Positions 1 to 9,943 of a stretch of 64,000 bases of DNA are shown here, in pieces (position 1 is the first letter of the stretch; each line of letters begins with the position of its first letter). The notes beneath the pieces are model-generated. The model did not search any database. It was given only the letters and a program-made list of their open reading frames with translations, and was not told where the DNA came from. The translations under genes were made by a program, and so were the position numbers. The DNA comes from Candidatus Bathyarchaeota archaeon (GTDB taxonomy: Archaea; Thermoproteota; CALKCG01; B24). Location of the stretch: assembly GCA_021161255.1 (NCBI GenBank), contig JAGHAZ010000037.1, positions 17,666 to 81,665 on the forward strand, in the 5' to 3' direction.

Positions 1-1623
1 TCCGCGTGCTTCGTATTACCGGTTCACGACTCGATAGAGAGCATATTCGAATCTCTGAAAAACACGGCTCTGATCCATAAGAGCGGTGGAGGTACGGGCT
101 TCAACTTCTCGAAGCTCAGGCCTAAAGGCGATGTAGTAAGGTCTACGAGCGGCGTGGCCTCCGGCCCCGTTAGCTTTATGCGCATCTACGACGTAGCTAC
201 CGATGTCATCAAGCAGGGTGGGAAACGTCGAGGCGCTAACATGGGAATCCTCAGGGTCGACCACCCCGATATAATAGACTTCGTCTACGCTAAAAGCGAG
301 GAGGGGGCTCTGAGGAACTTCAACATATCCGTCGCCGTGACCGATGAGTTCATGGAGGCCGTGGAGAAGGGTGCTGAGTTTAAGCTCGTAAACCCGAGAA
401 CCGGTAAACCTGTTCAAGAGGTTAACGCAAGATACCTCTTCGACATGATCGTCTACAACGCGTGGAGGTCGGGAGACCCAGGTATAATATTCCTAGACAC
501 GGTTAACAGGCACAATCCAACCCCCCGCTTAGGAACGATCGAAGCCACCAACCCCTGCGGCGAACAGCCGCTTCTTCCTTACGAGTCATGTAACTTGGGT
601 TCTATAAACCTAGAGCGTATGGTTAAGTTTGAAAGGGGTAGATGGGTTGTCGACTGGAGGAAGCTCAGAGAAGTTGTCAGAGTTGCTACCCACTTCTTGG
701 ACAACGTCATAGACGCTAACCACTTCCCGATACCTGAGATCGAGGAAACAACCCTTAGAACGCGTAAGATAGGGTTAGGGGTCATGGGATGGGCCAACAT
801 GCTCTTCAGACTTGGAATCCCCTACGACTCCGAGGAGGCTATCGAGCTCGCCAGGAGGATTATGGAGTATATCAACTACCATAGCAAGCTCATGTCGGCC
901 GAGCTTGCTGAGGTGAGAGGTAGCTTTCCTGCCTTCAAGGGCTCTATATATGACTCCGAGAATCCCCGTATGCCCTTCGAAGCCGAGGGTGAGGTGAAAC
1001 ATTACACGCTAGACTGGAGTAGGGTGAGGGAAGCCGTTAAGAAGCATGGTATACGGAACGCTACCACGACCACCGTGGCGCCGACCGGAACCATAAGCAT
1101 AATAGCCGGCACCTCGAGCGGTATAGAGCCGGTCTTCGCCCTCGTATACTCTAGGACGGTTCTCGGGGGCGTGAGGTTGTTCGAAGTCAACACGGTTCTC
1201 GAGGAGGTTCTTAAGGAGAGGGGCGTTTACAGCGACGAGGTTATGGCTGAGATATCTAAGACGGGTATGCTGTCCCACATAGAGGGGCTTCCGGAGGATA
1301 TTCGAAGGGTTTTCGTAACGGCTTTGGAGGTAGACGTGGATTGGCATGTTAAGATGCAGACTGCGTTCCAAGAATTCACCGACAACGCCGTATCGAAGAC
1401 GATAAACCTGAGACCCGACGCTTCACCTGAAGACGTTAAGAAGGCGTTCTTATTGGCTTATCGGCTCGGTTGTAAGGGTATAACGGTCTACCGGTATGGT
1501 AGTAAGGGTGAGCAGGTCTTGGAGCTAGGGGTTAAACCCCGTAGAAGAACCACCGAGAGGGTTCTCCCCGTCGGTGTTAAGCCGCCGGAGGGATGTCCGA
1601 GGGAAAGCTGCGGGGTGGAGTAG
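1..1623 (+). CDS. nrdJ: Class II (adenosylcobalamin-dependent) ribonucleotide reductase, C-terminal ~540 aa; 5' end lies outside the window
   Basis: Frame 1 is open from nt 1 (SACFVLPVHDSIESIFESLKNTALIHKSGGGTGFNFSKLRPKGD...) and continues into tracked ORF 154..1623. Active-site stretch 'EATNPCGEQPLLPYESCNLGSINL' and a C-terminal Cys pair 'GCPRESCG' are present. Confidence 0.9.
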   Translation, partial: SACFVLPVHDSIESIFESLKNTALIHKSGGGTGFNFSKLRPKGDVVRSTSGVASGPVSFMRIYDVATDVIKQGGKRRGANMGILRVDHPDIIDFVYAKSEEGALRNFNISVAVTDEFMEAVEKGAEFKLVNPRTGKPVQEVNARYLFDMIVYNAWRSGDPGIIFLDTVNRHNPTPRLGTIEATNPCGEQPLLPYESCNLGSINLERMVKFERGRWVVDWRKLREVVRVATHFLDNVIDANHFPIPEIEETTLRTRKIGLGVMGWANMLFRLGIPYDSEEAIELARRIMEYINYHSKLMSAELAEVRGSFPAFKGSIYDSENPRMPFEAEGEVKHYTLDWSRVREAVKKHGIRNATTTTVAPTGTISIIAGTSSGIEPVFALVYSRTVLGGVRLFEVNTVLEEVLKERGVYSDEVMAEISKTGMLSHIEGLPEDIRRVFVTALEVDVDWHVKMQTAFQEFTDNAVSKTINLRPDASPEDVKKAFLLAYRLGCKGITVYRYGSKGEQVLELGVKPRRRTTERVLPVGVKPPEGCPRESCGVE

Positions 1624-2135
1624 CCTTGGGTAAGATATTCCTATACTACGGAACCGGAGCCGGTAAAACTACGAACGCGCTCGGGTTGGCTTTAAGGTGT
1701 GTAGGCCATGGCTTGAAGGCTGTGATCATCCAGTTCATGAAGGGCCGTAAGGACATAGGGGAGTATAAGGTCATGGAGAAGCTTAAACCGTACTACGAGA
1801 TATACCAGTTCGGTAGGAGGGGGTGGGTGGACCTAAGAAACCCATCCGAGACCGATAAGGCTCTGGCGAAGAAAGGTCTTGAAAAGGCCAGGGAGGTTCT
1901 GAAGAGTAAACCACATCTACTTGTACTGGATGAGATATGCCTAGCCGCGTACATAGGCCTGGTCGATGTTCAAGAGGTCTTAAACCTTCTAGACGAGGTT
2001 CCTGAAGAGACGGATGTCGTGTTGACCGGAAGATACTGTCCACCTGAACTCGTCGATAGGGCTGACGTGGTCAATATGATAGTCGAGGTTAAGGCCCCTA
2101 GGGAGATTTATACGCGTATAGGGATAACCCATTAA
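1593..2135 (+). CDS. cobO: ATP:cob(I)alamin adenosyltransferase (CobA/CobO/BtuR family)
   Basis: P-loop 'YYGTGAGKTTNALGLALRCVGHG', then 'VIIQFMKG' and 'LLVLDEI', as in CobA/BtuR-type corrinoid adenosyltransferases. ATG 1593 overlaps the RNR 3' end by 31 nt. Confidence 0.8.
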   Translation: MSEGKLRGGVALGKIFLYYGTGAGKTTNALGLALRCVGHGLKAVIIQFMKGRKDIGEYKVMEKLKPYYEIYQFGRRGWVDLRNPSETDKALAKKGLEKAREVLKSKPHLLVLDEICLAAYIGLVDVQEVLNLLDEVPEETDVVLTGRYCPPELVDRADVVNMIVEVKAPREIYTRIGITH

Positions 2136-2181
2136 TGCTCCTGCGAAGACCTTGGTGAGGTCTCTACGTCGAACCGATCCT

Positions 2182-3450
2182 TCAGAGGTTAAAGAGCTCG
2201 ACCGCGTTCCATTTTAGTATCTTGGAGGCTATGTCTAACGCTTCGTCAAAGGTTAGATGGTCTTTCTCGACCATATCCTTTAAAACGTCTGATAGGACGG
2301 ATTTGAACATCTTTAAGGCGCCGTAGGTCGCCTCCGCTACCCAGCAATCCCCGCCCCACATGAGTCTTCCAGAAAGCCCCAACTCTATGGCTTCTCTTAA
2401 CATGATCTTGCAGGCCGACGGCGATATTATCGGGAGCCAGCAAAGGTCTAGGTAGACGTTTCTGAAGCTAAGGGCTAAAGCTAGGGTTTCTCTTATCCAC
2501 GGGTATCCTCCGTGGAAGAGTATGAATCTCACGTTCACGTATTTACGGAGGAGGTTCACTAGGTTCATCGGGTTCGACCCCTCTATGAGTGCTAGTCCTG
2601 TGTGAAACTGAACGGGAAAACCCATATCCTCGGCTTTACCGAGGATATAGTGAAGCATAAAGTCCCCGAACGCTCTGACATCCCTAGACGTGACATCTAC
2701 CCCCTTCTTCTCGAACACCCTCCTGGCCTCGTCTTCGTCTACCTCTTCGAAACGTATGGGTCTATCGTACGCCAAAGCCGACTTAAGGGCGACATATCCC
2801 CTTCTCTTAGCCTCCTTCAAGGCCCTATCTACCAGCTCGAGGTAGTCGTCGAAACTATGGACTTCTAGGTTTAACGGTTTTTCGAGTAGGTAGGGTGTAT
2901 TCCCGTTATGATCCCTAGCCTCTCTACTGTAGCCGAAGAGAAACATGTTTATCCTGAAGACGGGTTTGAAAAGGTCGGGGTCGAAGCTTCCTCCCCAGAC
3001 ATCCCAGTATGGGTCGAGGAGAGCCGTGTCGATCAGGCTTTTCTCCTTAAAAACCTCTCTGATCCAACGTGGGTCCCTATACGCCTCACGTATCAGTCTA
3101 GAAGCCTCTTCTAAAGCCTCTACGGTCGGAGGGTCTATGTCGACCCCGTAGAGCTCCTTAACCGCGACGCTACACGCTTTATAGAAGGCGCTTCCTGATA
3201 TCCTCCTAAGACGTTCTACAAGACTCCTGTAGTCGCTTCTATCCTCGGGAGGCTCGGTCACCCAGAAGACGTAGGACCCCTCGAGAATATCTATTATGGA
3301 TAACCCCTTACTTGTTAGAACTTCATAAGGGTAAGTGTGTTCATGCGTATCCACGACATGCATATCTGCGACGCCTTCGAAAAACTTCAAGTCTACAGAT
3401 TCCACATATATGCATCCACGCGTTGAGGATTTAAAGGTTGGTTTCATCAC
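2182..3450 (-). CDS. Metal-dependent amidohydrolase-family (TIM-barrel) hydrolase
   Basis: 'VVDTHEHT' HxH metal motif near the N-terminus, 'FHGGYPW' and 'WGGDC' late motifs; 422 aa. Substrate unknown. Confidence 0.65.
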   Translation of the reverse strand: MMKPTFKSSTRGCIYVESVDLKFFEGVADMHVVDTHEHTYPYEVLTSKGLSIIDILEGSYVFWVTEPPEDRSDYRSLVERLRRISGSAFYKACSVAVKELYGVDIDPPTVEALEEASRLIREAYRDPRWIREVFKEKSLIDTALLDPYWDVWGGSFDPDLFKPVFRINMFLFGYSREARDHNGNTPYLLEKPLNLEVHSFDDYLELVDRALKEAKRRGYVALKSALAYDRPIRFEEVDEDEARRVFEKKGVDVTSRDVRAFGDFMLHYILGKAEDMGFPVQFHTGLALIEGSNPMNLVNLLRKYVNVRFILFHGGYPWIRETLALALSFRNVYLDLCWLPIISPSACKIMLREAIELGLSGRLMWGGDCWVAEATYGALKMFKSVLSDVLKDMVEKDHLTFDEALDIASKILKWNAVELFNL

Positions 3451-4211
3451 TACCTGACGAGACCTGGTTCCGACGAGCGGATCTTATCCTTTATGAGCCT
3501 CCAAATATCTGAAACGGTTTCGAGAATCCAGGTCGCCTCCTCATGTTTTACACCCCGGCTCTTAAACCACAGTAGGCTCAGACACTTCTCTAGAAGACCT
3601 GGTGATATCTCCCTCAGCTCCTTCAGCTGCTCAAACATATGCTTCTCCCCCCTTAAGTATACCCGATTCAACGGAAACAGTATTTTAAGCGTCTCCATAA
3701 CGTACATCTTGCTGAAAACAGATTGAACATCATAGTTCTTCTTAAGATAATGATACCTCACGGCCTCCTCGTACCAGCCCATTCTATGAAAAATCTCTAA
3801 AATATTCATCCTCCTCTTTTCCTCGGGATACACTTTAAACATCCGCTTAATCTTCCTGACGACCCCGTAGGGGTCGTACAAGACGAGAGAATCCACGACG
3901 TTTGATACATCGATTTCCCACATGCTTCCTATACCACGGTATAGCCTCTCCCTCCATAAGCGGAGCGGGGTGTAGACCACCTCCACATCGCAGTCTAACT
4001 CCCGAATACGTTCCCTCTCAGGATGCTCCCCGTACTTAACTAGAACACACAGGTCGACGTCTGAGTTTTCATGTATGTTTCCCCTAGCCACCGAACCGAC
4101 GACCATGATAGCTACGATATCAGACCTGGTTTTTAAGAGACGTCTACAAACCCGTTGACTTGCCTCTCTTAAGGCTTCTAGCCTTTTACTTAATTCATCC
4201 AAACCGGACAC
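3450..4211 (-). CDS. Pol-beta superfamily nucleotidyltransferase with helical C-terminal domain
   Basis: 'VGSVARGNIHENSDVDLCVLV' is the GS...DxD minimal nucleotidyltransferase signature. Its stop overlaps the start of the downstream amidohydrolase by 1 nt. Confidence 0.7.
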   Translation of the reverse strand: MSGLDELSKRLEALREASQRVCRRLLKTRSDIVAIMVVGSVARGNIHENSDVDLCVLVKYGEHPERERIRELDCDVEVVYTPLRLWRERLYRGIGSMWEIDVSNVVDSLVLYDPYGVVRKIKRMFKVYPEEKRRMNILEIFHRMGWYEEAVRYHYLKKNYDVQSVFSKMYVMETLKILFPLNRVYLRGEKHMFEQLKELREISPGLLEKCLSLLWFKSRGVKHEEATWILETVSDIWRLIKDKIRSSEPGLVR

Positions 4212-4245
4212 GTTGTCTCACTTAAACATTTACCTCGTAGGATTA

Positions 4246-5472
4246 CTACGTAAGTTCATTTATGTTATCTTTGATCTTTTCGAAGGCCGCGACTATGTCG
4301 TCCATATCATCCTTAGAGCCTAGCAGGACATACTGCGGTAGCCACACTCCTTCAACGTAGCATGCCCTCTCGGTCACCGGGAGTTTCAGTTTAGAGTAGT
4401 CCACTTTCTTACCATAATACGGGCATGAGAGTGGACACTTAGCGTAGTAGCTCAGGTAAGGTGCTTTGTAGAGGGGCGTCGAGTAGCCTGGACTAAGCGG
4501 TATTCCCTCCGCCCGCACGGCTTCAGCAAGCTTATTCTTCGGCAATCCTCCGAAAGCCTCAGGGTCGTATCTCATTATATACAGGTGATAAGAACACCTC
4601 GTAACCCTCTCGTCCCTCCTCATAGGTCTCAACCCGTCTATCTTGGAGAGTTTTGCGTCTAGATAAGCGGCGTTCTCCATCCTACGTTTAAGATATTCAT
4701 CATATCGAGAAAGCTGAACTAGGAGTATGGCAGCTTGAAACTCGGTCATCCTGAAGTTTCCGCCTGGAAGATAGTGCATATACCATTCACCCTTCAGTTT
4801 GCGTCCGCAATTGTGGAGGCTCCAAGCCTTCTGATAGAGTTCCTCGTCGTTCGTGACTATGATGCCTCCCTCACCGCTCGTTATGTTTTTGCTAGACTGG
4901 AAGCTGAAAGCTCCGAGTGCTCCTATAGCGCCTACCCTCCGACCACGCCACTCGGAACCCCATGCTTGGCAGGCGTCTTCGATTATGCTAAGCCCGTACT
5001 TGTCGGCTATGCGGGTTAGCGCATCCATATCTGCAGGCCTACCGCCTATGTGAACCGGTATGATGGCTTTCGTCTTATCGGTTATAGCCTCTTCAACCTT
5101 CTTAGGGTCTATGTTATACGTGTCAGGCTCTATGTCTACGAAAACTGGTATAGCGTTTACGTCTAACACGGCAGTAGCGGTGGCCATGAACGTATAAGGC
5201 GGTATTATGACCTCATCTCCACACCCTACGCCACACGCCTTAAGAGCGATCATCAAAGCCGCAGTCCCGTTGGTAACGGCAACCCCATATTTAGCATGCT
5301 GGTACTCTGCGAACTTCTTCTCAAACTCGGGCTTCTTAGAGCCTCCGATCCCCCATAATCCGCTGTAGAGAACCTCTTTCAAAGCCTCGAGTTCCCTCTC
5401 GTCGAATACCGGCCACTTCGGATATGGTCGATCTCTGACCGGTTTACCACCTCTGATGGCAAGCTTAGGCAC
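4246..5472 (-). CDS. DegT/DnrJ/EryC1/StrS-family PLP-dependent (sugar) aminotransferase
   Basis: 'SFQSSKNITSGEGGIIVTNDEELY' (PLP-lysine region) and N-terminal 'WPVFDERELEALKEVLYSGLW' are typical of this family; 408 aa. Confidence 0.85.
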   Translation of the reverse strand: MPKLAIRGGKPVRDRPYPKWPVFDERELEALKEVLYSGLWGIGGSKKPEFEKKFAEYQHAKYGVAVTNGTAALMIALKACGVGCGDEVIIPPYTFMATATAVLDVNAIPVFVDIEPDTYNIDPKKVEEAITDKTKAIIPVHIGGRPADMDALTRIADKYGLSIIEDACQAWGSEWRGRRVGAIGALGAFSFQSSKNITSGEGGIIVTNDEELYQKAWSLHNCGRKLKGEWYMHYLPGGNFRMTEFQAAILLVQLSRYDEYLKRRMENAAYLDAKLSKIDGLRPMRRDERVTRCSYHLYIMRYDPEAFGGLPKNKLAEAVRAEGIPLSPGYSTPLYKAPYLSYYAKCPLSCPYYGKKVDYSKLKLPVTERACYVEGVWLPQYVLLGSKDDMDDIVAAFEKIKDNINELT

Positions 5473-5648
5473 TTAAATTCACCTAGAGTTTAAAGTATGT
5501 CGGTTTGATTATTTAACTATCCCTCTGAATAAGGCGTATGTTTTCACCAGCAAAGCTTAAATCCACCTCCAGTACAGTCCTATACTGGAGTTTAGTTGAA
5601 CGATCTGTTTAGCCGGGCTTTAGGCTCGGCTGGGGGGTTCGCTTAAGA

Positions 5649-6245
5649 TTGGGGTATATCTTAGAGAGGGTTAGACAATATATTGAGATTTCCAACGCTC
5701 TTGAGATCGTGAGGAGATACTTCGTGATAAACGCGTTCGATGGAGCGGTGACGATACTCGGAGCTGTCATGGGCGCCTACATAAGCGGGATAAACACTCC
5801 TAAGGCCCTTATAAACATGGGCTTCTCCGTCAGCATAGCCCTTGCAATGTCAGGCTTCACGGGAAGCCTCCTTATGGAGCTGGCTGAGAGGGGCGGTGAG
5901 GTTAAGGACTTGGAGAGGAGGCTCTTCCGTAAACTCGACAACTCGCTGATTACGGAGGCGCATAACTTCGCATCGCTGGTGGCGGCTTTAGTGGATGCAT
6001 TATCTCCGGCTGTCGTGGCTTTAACGGCTACTACCCCGTTTATCCTAGCCTATATGGGTATCATGGTTATGGCCGACGCCTTTAAGGCATCCGTACTGAT
6101 CACCCTTACATTCACAGCTCTACTGGGCTTTTATCTAGGTAGGATCTCGAAGACCAGGGTTTGGCTTTACACGGCGGCTATGGTAGGTGCGGGTCTGTTG
6201 ACAGCCGCCTTAAGCCTCATGCTTGAGGGAGTGTTTCATTCATGA
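5649..6245 (+). CDS. VIT1/CCC1-like (COG1814-type) membrane protein
   Basis: 'YFVINAFDGAVTILGAVMGAYISG' resembles the VIT-family N-terminal motif. Several hydrophobic helices follow. TTG start. Confidence 0.5.
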   Translation: MGYILERVRQYIEISNALEIVRRYFVINAFDGAVTILGAVMGAYISGINTPKALINMGFSVSIALAMSGFTGSLLMELAERGGEVKDLERRLFRKLDNSLITEAHNFASLVAALVDALSPAVVALTATTPFILAYMGIMVMADAFKASVLITLTFTALLGFYLGRISKTRVWLYTAAMVGAGLLTAALSLMLEGVFHS

Positions 6246-6523
6246 CGGAGGAGTATGAAGAGGGTGAAGCGGTAATAACGCGTGTAGTGATAGATGTCAT
6301 GAAGCCTAGGGAGCTTCCTTTGATAGACCTAGCCTCGGCGTTGTGCTTAGTAGATGGGGTCGACGAGGTTCACATAATAGTGAGCGAGGTCGACGTTAAG
6401 ACCGAGACTATGAAGATAACGGTGGCGGGTAACAGTATAGACTGCGACGAGCTGTATAAGACGCTTGAAGACTATGGCTGCGCTCTAAGGAGTACAGACG
6501 AGGTAGTGGCTGTCAGAAAATAA
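6242..6523 (+). CDS. DUF211-family small protein
   Basis: 93 aa. 'VVIDVMKPRELPLIDLASAL...GVDEVHIIVSEVDVKTETMKITVAGNSIDCDELYKTLEDYGCALRSTDEVV' follows the archaeal DUF211 pattern. ATGA overlap with the upstream VIT-like gene. Confidence 0.7.
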   Translation: MTEEYEEGEAVITRVVIDVMKPRELPLIDLASALCLVDGVDEVHIIVSEVDVKTETMKITVAGNSIDCDELYKTLEDYGCALRSTDEVVAVRK

Positions 6524-7803
6524 CCGTCTGGAGGCTTCTCGACCCAGTTGTAGGCCGCGTAAGGTATAGCTAAGACCCTGCCTTTAGTCTCCTCTATAGC
6601 CTCGTCCACGGCCTCTTGAACGTCTCTGAACGGTTTGAAGCCCAGCGTCTCGGCGGTTTTCCAAGATATGTTATCCGAGACTAGGCAGAGTTTCTTCCTA
6701 CCCTCCACGAGGATGTGGTAAAGCCTATAGACGAACCCACCTGCCAGAGCCTCGACCCTGGAGTCGACGACCATCCTGAGGATGTCGGCTCTATCCAGCT
6801 TTTTCACCCTAACGGTTTCCATAAACTCCTCCAGCTCGCTCCACTGGGTTCCCAGAGGACATGCGGCTACGAGAACTATCACCCCACCGTCCTCGCAGAC
6901 ACGGTCGGCCGTGAAGACGGCTTTAAACGCCTGAACGAGGTCCAAATCCTCTGTCCCGCCGGGTGAGACCAAGACAACCTTAGCCTTCTCGGCTATGGAG
7001 GTCTTATACAGCTTCTCACAGAGCTTAACTCCCCTCCTGTGGGTTTCGACCGGTTTTCCTATGAAGACTCCTAGAATCCCGTCGTCGACTCCCATGACGA
7101 AGTCTACCACGGCGTCTAAGCCGGCTATCAAACCCGCTTCGTCTATGTCCATTCTAAGGATGTTTCCCTCGAGTCTTCCGACCCCGACGGATGGCGATAT
7201 GAAAAGCATGTGATTCTTATTTATACTGCTCCAAAATGCTATGCCTGGAAGGGCTATCTTGCATCCTCCGGTGAACCCAGCGACCTCGGATGGAAATATC
7301 GAGCCTATGCCTATCATAGCATCTGCTTCTGCCGCTTCTCGATTTATCCATACGGGCGTTCCATACCTCGTAACGCCTTTGAAGATGTGGTCTTCAAATC
7401 TATAGGCGTCATGCATGATAAGCCGAGTATCGTTTAAAACGTCTCTACCTAGTTTTCTCTCTAAAAGCCATCTAGGAGGGGTGTCGTGAGTCCCCTTCGC
7501 GTACAGAATCCTCACGTCGACTTCGTCACCGGCCATATCTAGAAGAACGGGTAGTATATCTTTGACGGGTGTAGGTCTTGTATGGTCGTCTACGAGTATC
7601 GACAGTCTTCCCCTACGTTTCTTGACCTCTCCTATGAGCCTCCTAAGGTAGGGGTTCTCTCTCACAAGCCTCTTGACGGTCTCAGGGTTCAGAGTCTTGG
7701 CTCTTCCAGGCTTGACCACTCCGGCTATCTTCTCGTCGGGTATCTCGACACAGACCTGACGTCTCGCGAGGTCATAGGGGAGCCTAAGCTCCATAGGAGA
7801 CAC
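6472..7803 (-). CDS. larA: LarA-like (DUF2088) nickel-pincer-dependent racemase/epimerase family protein
   Basis: 'LSILVDDHTRPTPVKDILPVLL' (DxTRPxP motif) and 'YAKGTHD' are typical of the LarA N-terminal domain; 443 aa. Confidence 0.7.
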   Translation of the reverse strand: MSPMELRLPYDLARRQVCVEIPDEKIAGVVKPGRAKTLNPETVKRLVRENPYLRRLIGEVKKRRGRLSILVDDHTRPTPVKDILPVLLDMAGDEVDVRILYAKGTHDTPPRWLLERKLGRDVLNDTRLIMHDAYRFEDHIFKGVTRYGTPVWINREAAEADAMIGIGSIFPSEVAGFTGGCKIALPGIAFWSSINKNHMLFISPSVGVGRLEGNILRMDIDEAGLIAGLDAVVDFVMGVDDGILGVFIGKPVETHRRGVKLCEKLYKTSIAEKAKVVLVSPGGTEDLDLVQAFKAVFTADRVCEDGGVIVLVAACPLGTQWSELEEFMETVRVKKLDRADILRMVVDSRVEALAGGFVYRLYHILVEGRKKLCLVSDNISWKTAETLGFKPFRDVQEAVDEAIEETKGRVLAIPYAAYNWVEKPPDGYFLTATTSSVLLRAQP

Positions 7804-7970
7804 CCCCTTAAACTGAGTAGGCGGATATTCTTGCGAAGGAAGCGTATGGCTATGGTCTGAACAAGCCTTGTAGTAGCAGTCTTAACGATAGGAGGTCTCG
7901 GATATAAATTTTCCATCGATAGACCGTAAGGATTAATAGCCAGCCTCTGCTCCAGAAATCTGAGGAATTC

Positions 7971-8735
7971 ATGATCCTAGAGGTTAGAGACCTACACGTC
8001 GAGGTTTCAGGTAAGAGGGTTCTAAACGGGGTCAGCCTCTCCGTAGGGTATGGGGAGACCATATTTCTACTCGGCCCTAACGGCTCGGGTAAAACCTCCT
8101 TGATCCAGGCGATACTCGGTAACCCCTCTTATAGAATCGTATCCGGCCGGATATTTTTCCGGGGCACCGATATAACGGGTCTTGAACCGGAGGATAGGGT
8201 TAAGCTCGGCATAGCGGCCTCTTTCCAGATGCCTCCTAAGATACGGGGTCTTAAAGCCGGCTATCTCGTAGAGGAGGTGGCGAGTAGGTTCGGGGTTTCC
8301 GACGAATACGTGGAAAAGCTCGTATCGCTTCTTAGGCTGGAGAAATTCATGGATAGAGAGCTCTATGTGGGCTTCAGCGGCGGTGAGGTTAAAAGGTTCG
8401 AGCTTCTCCTAACGCTGTTACAGAATCCTAGACTCGTCTTGTTAGATGAGCCAGACTCGGGGGTGGATGTGGAAAACCTAGCCATAATGGGTGAAGCGTT
8501 AAACCGGTTCTTACAGGGTGATGGGCAGCTTGTGAGCACGAGGAGAGCTGTTTTGATAATCACCCATGTAGGCGCCATAGCTAAGTATCTGAAACCCTCC
8601 AGGGCATACGTCATGATGAACGGTGAGATATTCTGCTATGGAAAAGGTGAGGACGTGGTTAGCCAAATCCTAGAAAGCGGCTTCGAGAAGTGTAAAGCAT
8701 GCTTCGAGAAGGCGAGGAGAAGAGTTTGGTTCTGA
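7971..8735 (+). CDS. sufC: Fe-S cluster assembly ATPase SufC
   Basis: 'LEVRDLHVEVSGKRVLNGVSL', Walker A 'GPNGSGKTS', ABC signature 'FSGGEVKR', Walker B 'LVLLDEPDSGVD'. Confidence 0.9.
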   Translation: MILEVRDLHVEVSGKRVLNGVSLSVGYGETIFLLGPNGSGKTSLIQAILGNPSYRIVSGRIFFRGTDITGLEPEDRVKLGIAASFQMPPKIRGLKAGYLVEEVASRFGVSDEYVEKLVSLLRLEKFMDRELYVGFSGGEVKRFELLLTLLQNPRLVLLDEPDSGVDVENLAIMGEALNRFLQGDGQLVSTRRAVLIITHVGAIAKYLKPSRAYVMMNGEIFCYGKGEDVVSQILESGFEKCKACFEKARRRVWF

Positions 8736-9943
8736 CAGATGAGCTCAAACGTAGGGCTGAGAAAGCCTTAGATAAGCCTCCTAGATACGGGTTAGACCTA
8801 GAGATCTCCAAGTTCACCCCCGACTATACGGGTTTAGAGGCTGAAAGCCTAAGAGACCTCTCTGAACGGCTGATAAATATCGTAAAGTCCATAGGCCTCG
8901 ATACGGGTGAAAAAAGCGTTCTGGGAAGTTATCTGCAGGTCGACCAGAGGGTAGCGTACAGCCGAAGCCATGAGGAGGGTGTGAAGGTTTTAAGCCTCAA
9001 AGAGGCTTTGAAGAGCTTAGACTGGTTAAGGGGTCTCTACTGGAAAGCCGTTCCTGTCGACTTGGACAAGTTCACAGCCGTGGCGGCTCTCTACGAGGAG
9101 GGGGGATACGTCGTAGTGGCTGAGAAAGGCGTGAAAACTGAGATGCCGGTTCAGACTTGTTTGCTTATGAAGAGTCCGCGGAGTCTTCAGACGACCCACA
9201 ACATAGTGGTCGCAGAGGAGGGGTCGACGCTCCACGTTATAACCGGATGCACACAGGCTCCCGAGAGCTTCGGGTTACACACAGGTATCTCTGAGTTCTA
9301 CGTGGGAAAGAACGCCACGGTAACCTTCACGATGATACATAGCTGGAGCCGGGGCTCTCACATAAGACCTAGAACCGGCGTGATCGTCGAAGAGGGAGGG
9401 CGCTTCATAAGCAACTACGTCGTACTCAAACCCGCGAATACGATACAAGCGTATCCAGTCGTAAGGCTCATCGGGAAGGAGTCGAGCGCGCTCACGACGT
9501 CTATACTCCTAGCCTCGGGATCCTCGAAAATGGATATCGGTTCCTGTATACGCTTGGAGGCTCCCCAGACGAGCGGCGAAGCCGTGTCTAAAGTCGTCGG
9601 AGGAGACTCCTCTGAGACCGTGGTTAGGAGTAGAATAGTCGGCTTTATGGACGGCGTCAGGGGGCATACTGAGTGTAACGGCATCCTAGTGTCCGAGAAA
9701 GCCGTAATATCTGCTATACCTGAGCTCGTGGCTAAGGCGAAGGACGTGGAACTCACCCACGAGGCGGCTATAGGACGTATATCCGAGGAAGAGGTCTTCT
9801 ACCTCCAGGCTAGGGGCTTCACGGAAGAGGAGGCCGTATCTATGATAGTCCGAGGATTCCTCGAGTCCGGTATCGTAGGTCTCCCTAAGGCCGTAGAGGA
9901 GTACCTTAAAAAGGCGATAAGGGAGACTATAACGGCTCTCTAG
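8699..9943 (+). CDS. sufB: Fe-S cluster assembly scaffold SufB/SufD family protein
   Basis: Lies directly downstream of sufC. C-terminal '[36 protein letters not shown]' is the conserved SufBD tail. The true start may lie downstream of ATG 8699, which overlaps sufC by 37 nt. Confidence 0.85.
   Translation: MLREGEEKSLVLTDELKRRAEKALDKPPRYGLDLEISKFTPDYTGLEAESLRDLSERLINIVKSIGLDTGEKSVLGSYLQVDQRVAYSRSHEEGVKVLSLKEALKSLDWLRGLYWKAVPVDLDKFTAVAALYEEGGYVVVAEKGVKTEMPVQTCLLMKSPRSLQTTHNIVVAEEGSTLHVITGCTQAPESFGLHTGISEFYVGKNATVTFTMIHSWSRGSHIRPRTGVIVEEGGRFISNYVVLKPANTIQAYPVVRLIGKESSALTTSILLASGSSKMDIGSCIRLEAPQTSGEAVSKVVGGDSSETVVRSRIVGFMDGVRGHTECNGILVSEKAVISAIPELVAKAKDVELTHEAAIGRISEEEVFYLQARGFTEEEAVSMIVRGFLESGIVGLPKAVEEYLKKAIRETITAL

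Noticed and set aside
9927-9943. Convergent 3'-end overlaps (sufB/ilvD 17 nt, DUF211/larA 52 nt, herA-like/Gfo oxidoreductase 17 nt, HAD/MBL 26 nt, DHH/xpd 38 nt) as a special regulatory feature
   Set aside because: They occur throughout the window and fit general genome compaction in thermophilic archaea. Nothing in the sequence suggests specific antisense regulation.
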